NCBI RefSeq assembly: GCF_006345805.1
Contig: NW_021824710.1
Coordinates: 1-36,317 of the forward strand
Length of the DNA: 36,317 bases
Reading direction: 5' to 3'
Source: Octopus sinensis
Lineage: Eukaryota
Numbering within the stretch: position 1 is the first letter of the stretch; every line of letters begins with the position of its first letter. Shown here piece after piece: positions 1 to 11,111 of this stretch. A model generated the notes under the pieces. The model was not told where the DNA came from, made no database searches, and saw only the letters and a program-made list of their open reading frames with translations. The position numbers and the translations under genes are program-made.

Positions 1-429
1 GATATAAACGTATCTGTCAAGACTTACCAAAAACTGAGCAAATATAAAGATCTTGAAATAGAAATCAGCAAAATGTGGAACCTGAAGACTAAAACAATAC
101 CTGTTGTCATAGGTGCCCTGGGAATGATAGCAAAAGGGGCTAATCGCTACCTAACTCAGATACCAGGAAACCCCAAAATGGCAGAAATTCAAAAGATAGT
201 GCTCATGGGAACTGCTCATATCCTAGGCAAAATACTTTCTATGTAATCTCAAGTTTTAAAAACAAACATAATTTTCGTTTTTTTTGTTTTTGACATTCAC
301 TAGTATAACACTAAATACAAAACCAAATATATGGTACACTAGGCATAACAACATCACGAACTTCCCACCTGTCTCTGGGTGAAACTTGGAGCAAACTTGA
401 ACAAAAATGTAAAGCAAAAGTCAAACATA

Positions 430-430
<1 letters not shown>
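1..430 (+). mobile_element. 3' end of R4/Dong-clade non-LTR retrotransposon (family A), continues upstream of the window
   Basis: Frame 1 reads [41 protein letters not shown]...GTAHILGKILSM* (stop 244-246), matching the C-terminal restriction-like endonuclease region (K..KY.DL, IPVVIGALG). Followed by a 3' UTR shared with 12245-12703 and 12905-13157, then (TAA)n. Confidence 0.85.
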
Positions 431-518
<88 letters not shown>

Positions 519-531
519 TTAATAATAATGT

Positions 532-584
<53 letters not shown>

Positions 585-595
585 TATTATTATCA
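431..595. repeat. (TAA)n array abutting an inverted (TTA)n array
   Basis: Directly visible; orientation switches at about 537-541. Confidence 0.95.
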
Positions 596-1110
596 TTGTT
601 ATGCTGGCTTTTTCTCTTCGTGCTCATAAGGTGGTTTTCATGTCACCACAAAAAGAGGGAAAGGAAAAAAAATACAAAAGAAAAGAGCCGGAAAAAACGT
701 TATATAAACAATTACCAATGAAAAATTATGTTAATTGCTAGTTTTGTTGACATACATATGGACACGCATGCACACTCCCATATTATCCGTGTGTGTGATT
801 GTGTGTGTGTGTGTATACATATATATATATAGTTATATATGTATTATTTATGTATATATGTTTGAATTTATGTGTGTCTGCATACATATGTATATTATTC
901 AAACATACATTTTGATATATACATAAGTACAGAGATATAAGTGTAAACTCACCAGTAGTAACATACGCACAAATTCACACATTAAAAACAAATCCATAGA
1001 TATGTATGTGCATATGTATATGTGTGTGTGTATATATATAAGGGTATAAGACCACTACACGTAAACTATTGACGATTTTTTCCGCTTCTTTTAGACTTTC
1101 GTATGTCTCC

Positions 1111-1147
1111 TGTTTCCGAAGAAGATCTTTGCTCGAAACGTAAAACA
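1111..1147 (+). ncRNA. Minimal type I hammerhead ribozyme candidate (CCGAAGA core) in a Penelope-type terminal repeat fragment (~1040-1215)
   Basis: UGUUU-CCGAAGA-A-GAUC-UUU-GCUC-GAAA-C-GUA-AAACA: 5-bp stem I, stem II with one mismatch, palindromic ACGU stem III, GUA triplet (1140-1142). Confidence 0.55.
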
Positions 1148-1313
1148 ACCACCCTTTCTTTCCTTCACTGAGCCTCTTATTAATACTTTGTATCACGTCC
1201 TAGAATTGTTGTTTGTTTTCTTGTCAGACACACACACACAGTTCCATACATATCTACATATGTATATATACGCGCGATATATACATGTAAATAGTGTGTG
1301 AGTGTATGTGTAT

Positions 1314-1358
<45 letters not shown>

Positions 1359-1501
1359 CGGAGATGTACTCGCATAGCAAGTAATTTGATCTGTGATCGT
1401 GTGCTGAAACGAAAACAATTGCAGCGTGGGATGGAAGGTGTTTATAAGCCATTTAAGAAACACACAAAAGCCGTTCGATTCACTCCAACATTTAAGTTTA
1501 A

Positions 1502-1551
1502 TTTGTCAAAATATTTTCGTCGCTAAAATCCGCGACCTGTTCACTGACAAA
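1502..1551 (-). ncRNA. Hammerhead-like motif with swapped G3-C8 core pair
   Basis: Minus strand UUUGUCA-GUGAACA-G-GUCGC-GGAUUUUA-GCGAC-GAAA-AUAUUU-UGACAAA: 7-bp stem I, 5-bp stem II, palindromic AAUAUU stem III, atypical UUU triplet. Confidence 0.5.
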
Positions 1552-1586
1552 GTCCGTGCTGTATATATATATATATATATAATATA

Positions 1587-1620
<34 letters not shown>

Positions 1621-1717
1621 GTCAACTGAAATAAGCAACCATTTCGTATTAAACGAATAAAAATGAGGAAAAGTAAAAAAAACAACGACGTGAAGATGTG
1701 TACAAGAAGCATATTAG

Positions 1718-1753
1718 CTTCAACGTTTTGAGCAAAGCTTCTTTGTCGAAAAG
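1718..1753 (-). other. Degenerate relic of a hammerhead related to 1111-1147
   Basis: Minus strand ...UCGACAAAGAAGCUUUGCUCAAAACGUUGAAG shares CUUUGCUC.AAACGU with 1111-1147, but the core and GAAA are mutated. Confidence 0.35.
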
Positions 1754-1861
1754 GAGGAAGGGAAAAGTCCAAAGAAAAATTAAAAATCGCCAACGGCACA
1801 CGTGTATTTACATTCCTGAAATATATATATATGTGTGTATGTATGTATTTCTCTCTTTTAC

Positions 1862-2203
1862 TCTGTTACTTGTTTCAGTAATTTGACTGCGGTCATGCTA
1901 GAGCACCGCCTTTAGTCGATCAAATCGACCCCGGGACTTATCCTTTGTAAGCCCAGTACTTATTCTATCGGTCTCTTTTGCCGAACCGCTAAGTGACGGG
2001 GACATAAACACACCAGCATCGGTTGTCAAGCAATGCTAGGGGGACAAACACAGACACACAACCACACACATATATATATATATACATATATACGACAGGC
2101 TTCTTTCAGTTTCCGTTTACCAAATCCACTCGCAAGACACTTGCCCAAGATGCCACGCAGTGGGACTGAACCCGGAACCATGTGGTTGGTAAGCAAGCTA
2201 CTT
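1862..2203 (-). mobile_element. tRNA-derived SINE (family 1), head partly deleted, internal (TA)/(CA) microsatellite
   Basis: B-box-like GGTTCAGTCCC on the minus strand; head and tail recur at 2570-2990, 23515-23725 and 24803-24970. Confidence 0.8.
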
Positions 2204-2453
2204 TATTTCATAAATTGTCATAGAGACAGTACAAAGAGCTTTGCGGGCTGGACAAATACATTAATGAATGAAAATGAATTATAATGAAGAAATGAGAGAC
2301 GAAACACAACACCCGCCGATTGGATTTTTCTCGAAAACACATTTTCTTTTTTCTTTCTTAAAACACAAAATAGTCCAATAAGGTGAGGTTTCAAATTAGC
2401 ACACTATGAATGTAAGCGAGCAGGACAAATGAAAAATAACAAAAATATAGATT

Positions 2454-2533
2454 AAACCCAGACAATTGTTTCACTGTTAATAAATTATGCAATTTTACTT
2501 ACACAATTAATCTGCAGATCATCAGTGAGGTTC
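2454..2533 (-). ncRNA. Type I hammerhead ribozyme candidate with long stem II, at the start of a T-rich terminal-repeat fragment (~2209-2540)
   Basis: Minus strand AACCUCA-CUGAUGA-U-CUG...CAG-U-GAAA-CAAUU-GUC-UGGGUUU: canonical core, perfect palindromic ACAAUUGU stem III, GUC triplet (2463-2461). Confidence 0.65.
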
Positions 2534-2569
2534 GTCGTAAAATATATATATATATATATTTATTTATTC

Positions 2570-2785
2570 TTTTCTTTTACTTGTTTCAGTCATTTAACTG
2601 CGGCCATGCTGGAGCACCGCCTTTAGACGAGCAAACTCGACCCCGGGACTTATTCTTTGTAAGCCCAGTAGTACTTTTTTATCGGTCTCTTTTGCCGAAC
2701 CGCTAGGTGACGGGGACATAAACAGAGCAGCATCGGTTATCAAGCAATGCTAGGGGAACAAACACAGAGACACAAACACACACGA

Positions 2786-2828
<43 letters not shown>

Positions 2829-2990
2829 TACGACGGGCTTCTTTCAGCTTCCGTCTACCAAATCCACTCGCAAGGCTTTGGTCGGCCGAGGCTATAGTAG
2901 AAGTGACTTGCCAAGATGCCACGCAGTGGGACTGAACCGGTACCATGTGGTTGGTAAGCAAGCTAATTACCACACAGCCACTCTTGCGCC
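2570..2990 (-). mobile_element. Essentially full-length tRNA-derived SINE (family 1)
   Basis: Head GGCGCAAGAGTGGCTGTGTGGTAA...GGTTCAGTCCC with A/B-box-like motifs, central (TA)n, conserved tail ending GAAACAAGTAAAAG. Confidence 0.85.
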
Positions 2991-3109
2991 TATATATATA
3001 TACATATAATATAATATATATATATATATTATATTATATTAAATTAGAGACAATTTATTCCCTAATATTTATTATATATATACTACACTTATGTTGAAAC
3101 ATGTGATAC

Positions 3110-3960
3110 GAGAAAGTGCAGCATTGATAAAAGTGCACCATCTGTGGACTAGGGCTAATACGACCAAGAGACTTGTCATGCGTCCGTTTAAGGTATTCTA
3201 GGCCCTAATCAATCATGAAAAATTGGGGTTGGTGAGTATGTGATTTTTGAACGAATTTGCGGCAGTCGGTGCTACATCTAACATCATCAATCGCCTGAAG
3301 TTTTGTTGTCCTACATCACTCATAAAGTAAATTTGGAGATACTGCAGTTGTTCATTTGTGTTTAACAGGGAACCAATGAGGGGATAGACTTGCCCTTGAA
3401 CTTTATAGGTCGGTGTAAGTCCATGTTCAACTATCTCCTTAGATGCACCAAATGATGTTATTTGAAATGCAGAGTTGTATTGTCTGATATATCAGAAAAT
3501 TCTTTCACTGGTTGGAAGTGCCTTCCAAAAGATCTATAAGAGGTTGAGGAGGAGCTGGTAGTGCTGGCAAGTTTACCTTATTGCCCGAGCAGTGGATGCC
3601 ATTAGTTTCATTTGGAAATGTTAAAGCTATGCAGAAATGACAATTTGAGTTTAGCACACCAATTTGTCCAAAATTATATTTATAGGAATGGGATGGATTA
3701 TATTTGGAAGCAGCGCCGGGAGTTGTGAAGAACGAATTTGTACGTAGTCTGCTTTTGAGAGCTATTCTATTGGACTGCTGTCTAATCATTAAAACGTTGT
3801 TTTATGTGTTACAGCATGTCTTTGCTGATCTTGAGAATGTCTCATCTTTCTCTCTTGAGAATCTTCACATTCTCTTTCTACAATCCTCCTTTATACTTGT
3901 TTCTGGAGAGATTACGTCTTTTCTTTGGTGGCATATTTCTTTCAATATTGTAAGCCAAAA
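3110..3960 (-). mobile_element. Helitron Rep/Hel N-terminal coding remnant (disrupted)
   Basis: Minus strand translates CHFCIALTFPNETNGIHCSGNKVNLPALPAPPQPLIDLL, then YNSAFQITSFGASKEIVEHGLTPTYKVQGQVY and LQIYFMSD, motifs typical of Helitron proteins; stops and frameshifts present. Confidence 0.85.
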
Positions 3961-4585
3961 ATTATAAACATAGAATAACTTATACAGTAATGTCTATTAT
4001 TGTAAGCAGTTGTATGTAGAATATCTTTATTTTTGTATGCAGGATAATTTAACCAAATATAAGCAAATTAACCAAACACATGTATGAACTGCTAATTTAG
4101 CAGTAAATTTGCAAATGCTGCGATAATTACTAACAAATAATTGAACGGTAAATGTGTATTTTTATATAGCTTGGACTTGCCACCTCATTGTTTTTTGTCA
4201 AGAGTTTCACCTTCAGCCGTTCGTTATGTTAGTCAACACACATACACCGACACACTATTCAGCTGACGTGGCCGTAAAGACGGAAAGTTACCAATGCATA
4301 ATGTTGTTCACATTAGGATTATAATTAGAATTAAGTAAAAGAATAAAAGTGAAACAATATAATATCACATTACAATATAGATGTTATTCTTTCACTTTTG
4401 ACGTGTAATACCGAACTTGTGCCAATGTTATATTGTTTCAATGAAATAAAAAAAAATCTTCATTCACGGGGTCTGATACTATCAGCATGTAAACTTTAAT
4501 TTGATTTGGTTGAGCCGTTTGAGAATGCATTGGGAACAGACAGAGACAAAGAATTTTATATATATATAGATTACGACGTGTGTGT

Positions 4586-4632
<47 letters not shown>

Positions 4633-4654
4633 GTGTGTGTGTGTGTGTATGTGT

Positions 4655-4870
4655 GTCTTTGCGCGTATGTTTGTCCCCGCTTCACTGCTTGGCAACCGGT
4701 GTTGGTGTTTTTACATCCCCTTAACATTAGCGGTTCAGCCAAAGAGGCGGATAGAATAAGTTCAAGGCTTTAAAAATAAGTCCTCGGGTTGATTTGTTCG
4801 ACGAAACCCTTGAAGGCAGAGCTCCAGTATGGCTGTAATCAAATGACTGAACCAAGTAAAAGAATAAAAG
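4655..4870 (+). mobile_element. SINE family 1 tail (diverged)
   Basis: TTTGTCCCC...GATAGAATAAG...AAATGACTGAACCAAGTAAAAG matches the reverse complement of the tail at 2570-2775. Confidence 0.75.
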
Positions 4871-4878
4871 AATGTTTG

Positions 4879-4930
<52 letters not shown>

Positions 4931-5077
4931 TACGAGTGAGTAGACAAACGAACAAAAAGGCACTCAATTATTTAAGACAGTTTGATACGGTTTGCCGTCT
5001 GAAAATCCTGGAAGCGACAGGTTCAGTTAGAAGCCTTCGAAACTTTAAGTCACATGAAACCGTATCAGATTTTAATG

Positions 5078-5530
5078 CACAGGCGTAGTTGTTTGGTTAG
5101 CAGCTTGCGGTACTTTTTGGTTATCTCACCCCCATTGAAAAATTGCCATTACAAAAGTATCGATATTTCTCTTAAAACGGGGTGGGGGAAGATAACCCAA
5201 TTTTTAACGGAGGTGAGATAACCAAAAAGTACCCAGCGTGCTTCCCAGCCATATGATTTCCAGTTGAGTCCCACTGCGTGGTCGGGCCGGCAAAAGACTT
5301 GTGAGTGGATTTGTTACACAGAAACTAAAAGAAACCCGTCGTATATATCTGTATGTGCGTGAGTGTGTGTCAGTGTCTTTGTGAGACGGCAGAAGAGAAT
5401 AAGTATCAAGCTTTAAAAAAACAATAAAATGAAAGTACTGAAGTCGATTCACTCTGCTAAAAAGTTGTCCAAGCCGGTGCTCCAGTATAACCGTAGCCTA
5501 ATGACTGAAACAAGTAAAATACGAAACATA
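5078..5530 (+). mobile_element. Diverged SINE family 1, head interrupted by a MITE
   Basis: Head split at GCAGCTTGC / TTCCCAGCC; GTCCCACTGCGTGG, GTGAGTGGATTTG and tail GACTGAAACAAGTAAAA retained. Confidence 0.7.
5109..5233. mobile_element. 125-bp MITE, Merlin-like (alternatively hAT)
   Basis: Perfect 22-bp TIR GGTACTTTTTGGTTATCTCACC (5109-5130 / 5212-5233); 8-bp TSD CAGCTTGC / CAGCGTGC (one mismatch); GG-starting TIR plus 8-bp TSD fits Merlin. Confidence 0.8.
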
Positions 5531-5549
5531 AAACATATACGTATAGATT

Positions 5550-5610
<61 letters not shown>

Positions 5611-5618
5611 CACACACA

Positions 5619-5658
<40 letters not shown>

Positions 5659-6160
5659 GAGAGAGAAAGTGAGAGAGAGAGAGCGACTGAGAGAGGGGAT
5701 AAGGAGAGGAAACATATACTGTTGTGATTCCCGACTCATAACTAGTACGGCCATCTTAGCTCCAATGCTGTAGGGGACACAGTTGACTAACCACGTGACA
5801 ATAAAACGCTATTAACTTTAGGTTTTGCATGCACACACATACACACACACGCGTACACATACACACACACACACACAAATGTGTCTGTCACTTTTACTAA
5901 GCGTTTATAGTTTTATATTGCTGTGTGTACCGTATGGAGAGTATTTTAGGGGGCTGATGAATGATTTTCCAAATGAATGCGTTTTTCGGTTAACACAATA
6001 GCCACTTGACGTTGAATAGGAAGACCAGCAGAGATGGGGTAAAAGTGGAGAAGTGGAGAGCGGAATGAAAGCAAGAGAGGACAGGGGAAGAGGAGTGTCT
6101 TTATGGTGTATGCGTGTACGCATATATGTATGTATGTATGTATATATGTATATATATATA

Positions 6161-6209
<49 letters not shown>

Positions 6210-6914
6210 TCTATTTTGTGTGTGAGTGTGTATGTGTGTGTGAAGTAGAGTGCAGCGTAGTGCAATAAGTGAAAAAGATGTGCAAGGATGTTTTGTGTAT
6301 TTCTGTGGTTGTGTGTTTGTGCGTACTTGTATTTTTGTGCGCGCACGCGCGCGCGCGCGTGTGTGTGTGTGTGTGGGTAGTGAGGATTTGTTTTGTATTT
6401 TGTTCTGCTTTTTTTCTTTTTTCATGTAGCCTGTGTTTGAATGTGAAGATTACAGTAAATTTAGCTGAAGGGTGGAAAAATCTATATAATAACTCATTTG
6501 TAAACAGCTCACCACCTACCCATTACACACACGCATACACATACATACTCAGAATAACGGCCGCCAATGCTCTTGCATCGGTCTCTGACTACCATAACGA
6601 TCAGCAAACATCATCATTAACATAACCTCCTCCATCATTATCACTTATCCTCTTTATCATCACTAACAAAACCATCACCACCACTACCACCGTCGTTAAA
6701 GAACGTTATCTCCACCATCATCATCACTATTACCGTCTTATGACCTGCTAGAAATAGCAACAAAATCTCGCTGAAATCACACATTACTGCCAAGGAATAG
6801 AACAAGTATAATGCGGTTCTAGATTCTTTACTCAAAATGTAAAGACAAGCTAGAACGCTTTTTATCTTAAGTCTCCTCAACCAGAGCTGACTTGGCGCAA
6901 AACAGCGTTGACGT

Positions 6915-7099
6915 CGGTTTCAAATTTTAGGACAAGGCCAGGAATCTAGGAGTGCTCGACTGGTACTTACTTTATCGACCCCAAAAGGATGAAAGGCAAA
7001 GTTGACCGCGATGGAATTTGAACTCAGAACGTAAAGATGGACGAAATGCCGCTAAGCATTTTGCTCATCACATTAACGATTCTGCCAGCTCGACGCCTT
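6915..7099 (-). mobile_element. tRNA-derived SINE (family 2)
   Basis: Reverse complement AAGGCGTCGAGCTGGCAGAATCGTTA...GAGTTCAAATTCC...TTTGCCTTTCATCC; same family as 32590-33240. Confidence 0.8.
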
Positions 7100-7546
7100 A
7101 AACATCCTCACCTGCACAACAAAAACCTCAACCACCTCCAACAACGCCAATATCACCAACTAAAACAATAACACCCAGAACATCAACGTCAACAGCACCA
7201 CTGTCACCACCACCACCACCACCACCACTTAACAATCCTGCCTCTGTACTCGACAACAATTTCAACAAACTGGTGTCAAATTAGGTGAAAAAGGAGAATA
7301 GTTAAAAGTAACGGGAAGTCAAGTCTACATTCGCTTGATTTAACAGGAAGAATAGCTTTCAACATAATTGTCGCTGTTCTGACTGGTTATGTATCTCACA
7401 CAAACACACACACATACACACAAACTTAAAACACATAAATAAACACACACACACACAGACGCGTACGCACGTGGACACGCACATTCACACACATACGCAC
7501 ACATATATGCAAACATGCACGCATGTATACATATATATATGTATAT

Positions 7547-7582
<36 letters not shown>

Positions 7583-7711
7583 ACGTACATACATATGTAT
7601 ATGTATGTGTGTATATGTGTGTGTGTTTGTGTGTGTGTGTTTGTGTGCGTGTGTTTGTGTGTATGTGTGTGTGTATGTGTGTGTGTGTGTGTGTGCGCGT
7701 AAATGTATAAG

Positions 7712-7777
7712 TGCAGGCGTGGCTCTGTGCTAAGAAGTTTGCTTCCCAAACACATGGTTTGGAGTTCAGTCCCACTC
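7712..7777 (+). mobile_element. SINE family 1 head fragment
   Basis: CAGGCGTGGCTCTGTGCTAAG...GAGTTCAGTCCCACT resembles the family 1 tRNA head. Confidence 0.6.
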
Positions 7778-8110
7778 AAATCACACCTTCCCGCCTGAAG
7801 TAGGAATAATTCAAATGACAACAACGTGTTTCAAGGTTAGCACCTAAGCGATGAGGTGGTCCTGGCTGGAGAAACACTTGTTATCATCGAATATATATGC
7901 TTATATCTGCATAAATACGCACGCATAGACACTGAGACACACATACATATTTATACACGCGAATACATACATACATACATATTCCATTTCCTGAGCGCCT
8001 ATTAATAATAATACTGTAATTGTTCCGTAATTGTTCCATTGTTGTTGTTTTTTTGTTTCCCGTTTGGATTAAAATTATATATATATATATGTATATATCG
8101 GTTCCATTCT

Positions 8111-8164
8111 AGCAAAAACTGTCTGATGAACGGCAACGAGAAACTCAGAGTAACAGATTTTGTT
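8111..8164 (+). ncRNA. Type I hammerhead ribozyme candidate between two (TA)n arrays
   Basis: AGCAAAAACUGU-CUGAUGA-A-CG-GCAA-CG-A-GAAA-CUCAGA-GUA-ACAGAUUUUGUU: stem I 11 of 12 positions paired, GNRA-capped stem II, ACUCAGAGU near-palindromic stem III, GUA triplet at 8150-8152. Confidence 0.7.
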
Positions 8165-8206
8165 GAATTTTCTGCTGCTTTAAAAAAAAATATATATATA
8201 ATATAT

Positions 8207-8242
<36 letters not shown>

Positions 8243-8317
8243 CATGCATATATAATGCATATGAATAAATTTATATATATATATATATATATATATGCAT
8301 GTATATATGTGTATATT

Positions 8318-8355
<38 letters not shown>

Positions 8356-8399
8356 TTCATATCTATCTATATATATATATATATACATATTCATATCTA

Positions 8400-8434
<35 letters not shown>

Positions 8435-8639
8435 TCATATATATATATATATATATATGTACGTATGTTCACACACATATGTGTGTGTGTATGTGTGAGT
8501 TTATGTATCTATCTATATGAAGGGTGTAGGGGTAGGGAAAGAAATGGTGAGCTAGAGGTGAGATGTAAAAACAGTAGGGTGTGAGGAGGTGGAGTGAAAA
8601 TACTGGAAGAAAAACCGAGAGAAAAAGAGAATGAAGAAC

Positions 8640-8990
8640 GGACAAGATATTAGCAGTGGTGGCGTCGACGGAGTTTGTGGTGGCGGCGGTGCTGGTGGTG
8701 CTAGTGGTGTTTGTACTGGTGCTGTTTATAGCGGCAGTGGTGGCGGTGATAGTGGTAATATCGGCTGCACAAGTAGGGGGAGGAAGTGGTGGTGTTGGTG
8801 GTGGTCGGGCTGATGTGATGATGGTGGTGATGATGATAGTGGTGGTAGTGTTAGTTGTAGTGTTGGCGTCGGTGGTGAAGTTGGCGGGTAGTAGTGGGGT
8901 GGAGTGAGGGTTTGGGGTCGTGTGGTGTGCTGGTGGCGTTGGGTATTGGTGGTTGAGCGGTGTGAAGTGTATCGTTTGTGGTTTATGCAG
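8640..8990. repeat. Degenerate (GGT)n-rich low-complexity tract
   Basis: Directly visible; produces spurious V/G/T/P-rich ORFs. Confidence 0.8.
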
Positions 8991-10766
8991 CGAAGCATGA
9001 TGGAAATATTGTTTTCCTTTGTTGAGAATTACTAAAAAAAAGAAAAAAAGATGGAAAAGAAAAAGAGAAGAAAAGAGAGAAAGAAAACAGAAGAGGGAGT
9101 GGGGTGGAAAGAAATATAGAACGGAAGAAGGAAAGAAAGAAAAACTGGAAGAAAAAGAAAGCAACCAGAAGAATGAATCGATCTGTAAGGTGTGTATATG
9201 TGTGCATGTGTGTGAGTGTGTGTTAGTGTTTGTGTTTGTGCGTGTGTGTCTGTGAGTGTACGTGTGTGAGTGTGTGGTGTAATATATTTGTGTAATATGA
9301 CGTGGTATTCCGTAGGTCAGTGCAACGCTCGATTCTACTTCACTGTCAGGTGGCAATTAATAGGTTCAATGAAACCGATTACTTGTAAAGGGTTATAAAC
9401 ACCCAAAATATAAAGCGTTTAAAAATCATTTCTTTGTTTGTTTCTTCCTTTTGGCAAGTCTTTTATATTGATGTATTTGCTTTTTTTTAGCATTCGCTAG
9501 TTATATTTTATATATATATTGGCATTGCAGTTTTGTTTACATTATTTTTGTTAATTATTTTTTCTGATTCTGTTTTCTTCATGACTCCTTTAGATGACTG
9601 TGGGTGCCGGAAATGAAGGATGGATGTGACATTCAAGAGCCGCTGCAACTAATTCATATTAATGATGTCAGTGTTTAGTCAACAGGACGTGATCAAAGAC
9701 GGTCCGATCCTGACCATCACATACACAGCGCATTCAAGGTTGCATTATTCAATATGTGTATGTGTACGCGAAAGTACTCGTGTTTCTTTAAAATGGCTTT
9801 ATGACGTATCTGATATATCAGACACTCCGTGCCCACTATCATGTTGTCTAGTTTCTTTATATATTTGTGGTAGTAATATACGAGACAAAAACGGGTTACA
9901 GCCCCTACATCAACTTTTTCCTTTCTAGATGAAAAGGCTTTTGTGAACAGTCTTCCATGTTGCAGTCACAACCCTTAAGAATATGGGAGAAAATGAGCGA
10001 AAAGGCTCCACCCTAGTATTTGTATTTGTCTAGTCCTTTACACACCGATCATGTAGTGACTAAAGGTTAACTTGACTTCGGCACAATTTGAACACCAAAC
10101 GCAAACGAACAATAACTTTCTTCTTGAAAAGAATTTGAACTGAAACAGTGAAACGACACATCATTTTAAAATGTATGAAAATTATAGTTTTTTTTTGTGG
10201 GGAACGGGGTTAGTGAGCAATGGATCACCACATTGAATTGATCCAAACAATGGAATTTTTGATCTAGCAGAACTGCTGTCCAGATGATTTCTTGCTTTCC
10301 AGGAGAATGAGCTACTGACAAAAGATTTTGAAGACCTCTAACTGCCTTTTGAGCAAAAGAATGATTTTATTTCAGAACGTGAAGAAATAAATTTTTCTGA
10401 AAAGGTGGTCTTCAAAATATTTCACAGTTACTGTGCAAGCAACCCTAAATTACTTCCATGCTGAACCGAGAGCATTTACACAGGCCAAAATAGGTTTAAG
10501 ACCGATGATGACAGTTCTATTCCTTCATTAATATATTTTAAACAAAACTGTATAAAATTATTTTACTTTCTACAGTTTACGTAGACAGCACGTCTTACCT
10601 CTTTATATAGGCGTTATATATCTTTCTACAATTTGAATAATGTTAATCCGTAAGTTTTCCATTTCAAAAAATAAATGTTGGTACTGTCATAAACTTATTT
10701 TGCTGACAATTTTTAACCATTTGAATTAACTGCGGATTAACATTTAGATATAGCATGCACAGCTGA

Positions 10767-11010
10767 CAACAAAGTATGCGATAAGGAAGAAAGAAAAGTC
10801 GAGAGATATGACAGGTTAGCTTGGGAAGTTAAGCAGCTGTGGTCGATGAAAAAGGTAGTAGTAATACCAATAATTGTCGGAGCCCTGGGAACAGTGAGCA
10901 AAAATCTCGAGAAGTACGTGGAACAAAATAAGAGGTGTTACTTTAGTTCATTGGTAGTGAACAGCTGACACTGTAGTACATCTCCAGCGTTAGAAGCTGT
11001 GCAAAGGCAA
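10767..11010 (+). mobile_element. R4/Dong-clade 3' fragment (family C)
   Basis: NKVCDKEERKVERYDRLAWEVKQLWSMKKVVVIPIIVGALGTVSKNLEKY; short 3' UTR, then (CAA)/(TAA)n. Confidence 0.75.
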
Positions 11011-11036
11011 TGATAACAACAACAACAACAATAATG

Positions 11037-11109
<73 letters not shown>

Positions 11110-11111
<2 letters not shown>

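Noticed and set aside
4263-4292. CUGACGU-G-GCCGU-AAAG-ACGG-AAAG hammerhead-like string
   Set aside because: A9 missing, GAAA overlaps the stem, and there is no stem I.
4983-5067. Short inverted repeats (11 bp here; 12 bp at 10639-10650 / 10733-10744)
   Set aside because: Too short and without clear TSDs to call MITEs.
5954-5960. Isolated CUGAUGA cores (also 23324-23330 on plus and 26208-26214 on minus)
   Set aside because: No downstream stem II-GAAA-NUH arrangement.
7820-7890. AGGU-GCUA-ACCU hairpin followed by GAAACAC on the minus strand
   Set aside because: No CUGANGA-like core at the required position.
10280-10410. Possible plus-strand acceptors (TTGCTTTCCAG, TTTTATTTCAG) followed by short open frames
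   Set aside because: No recognisable protein or partner exons; needs transcript evidence.
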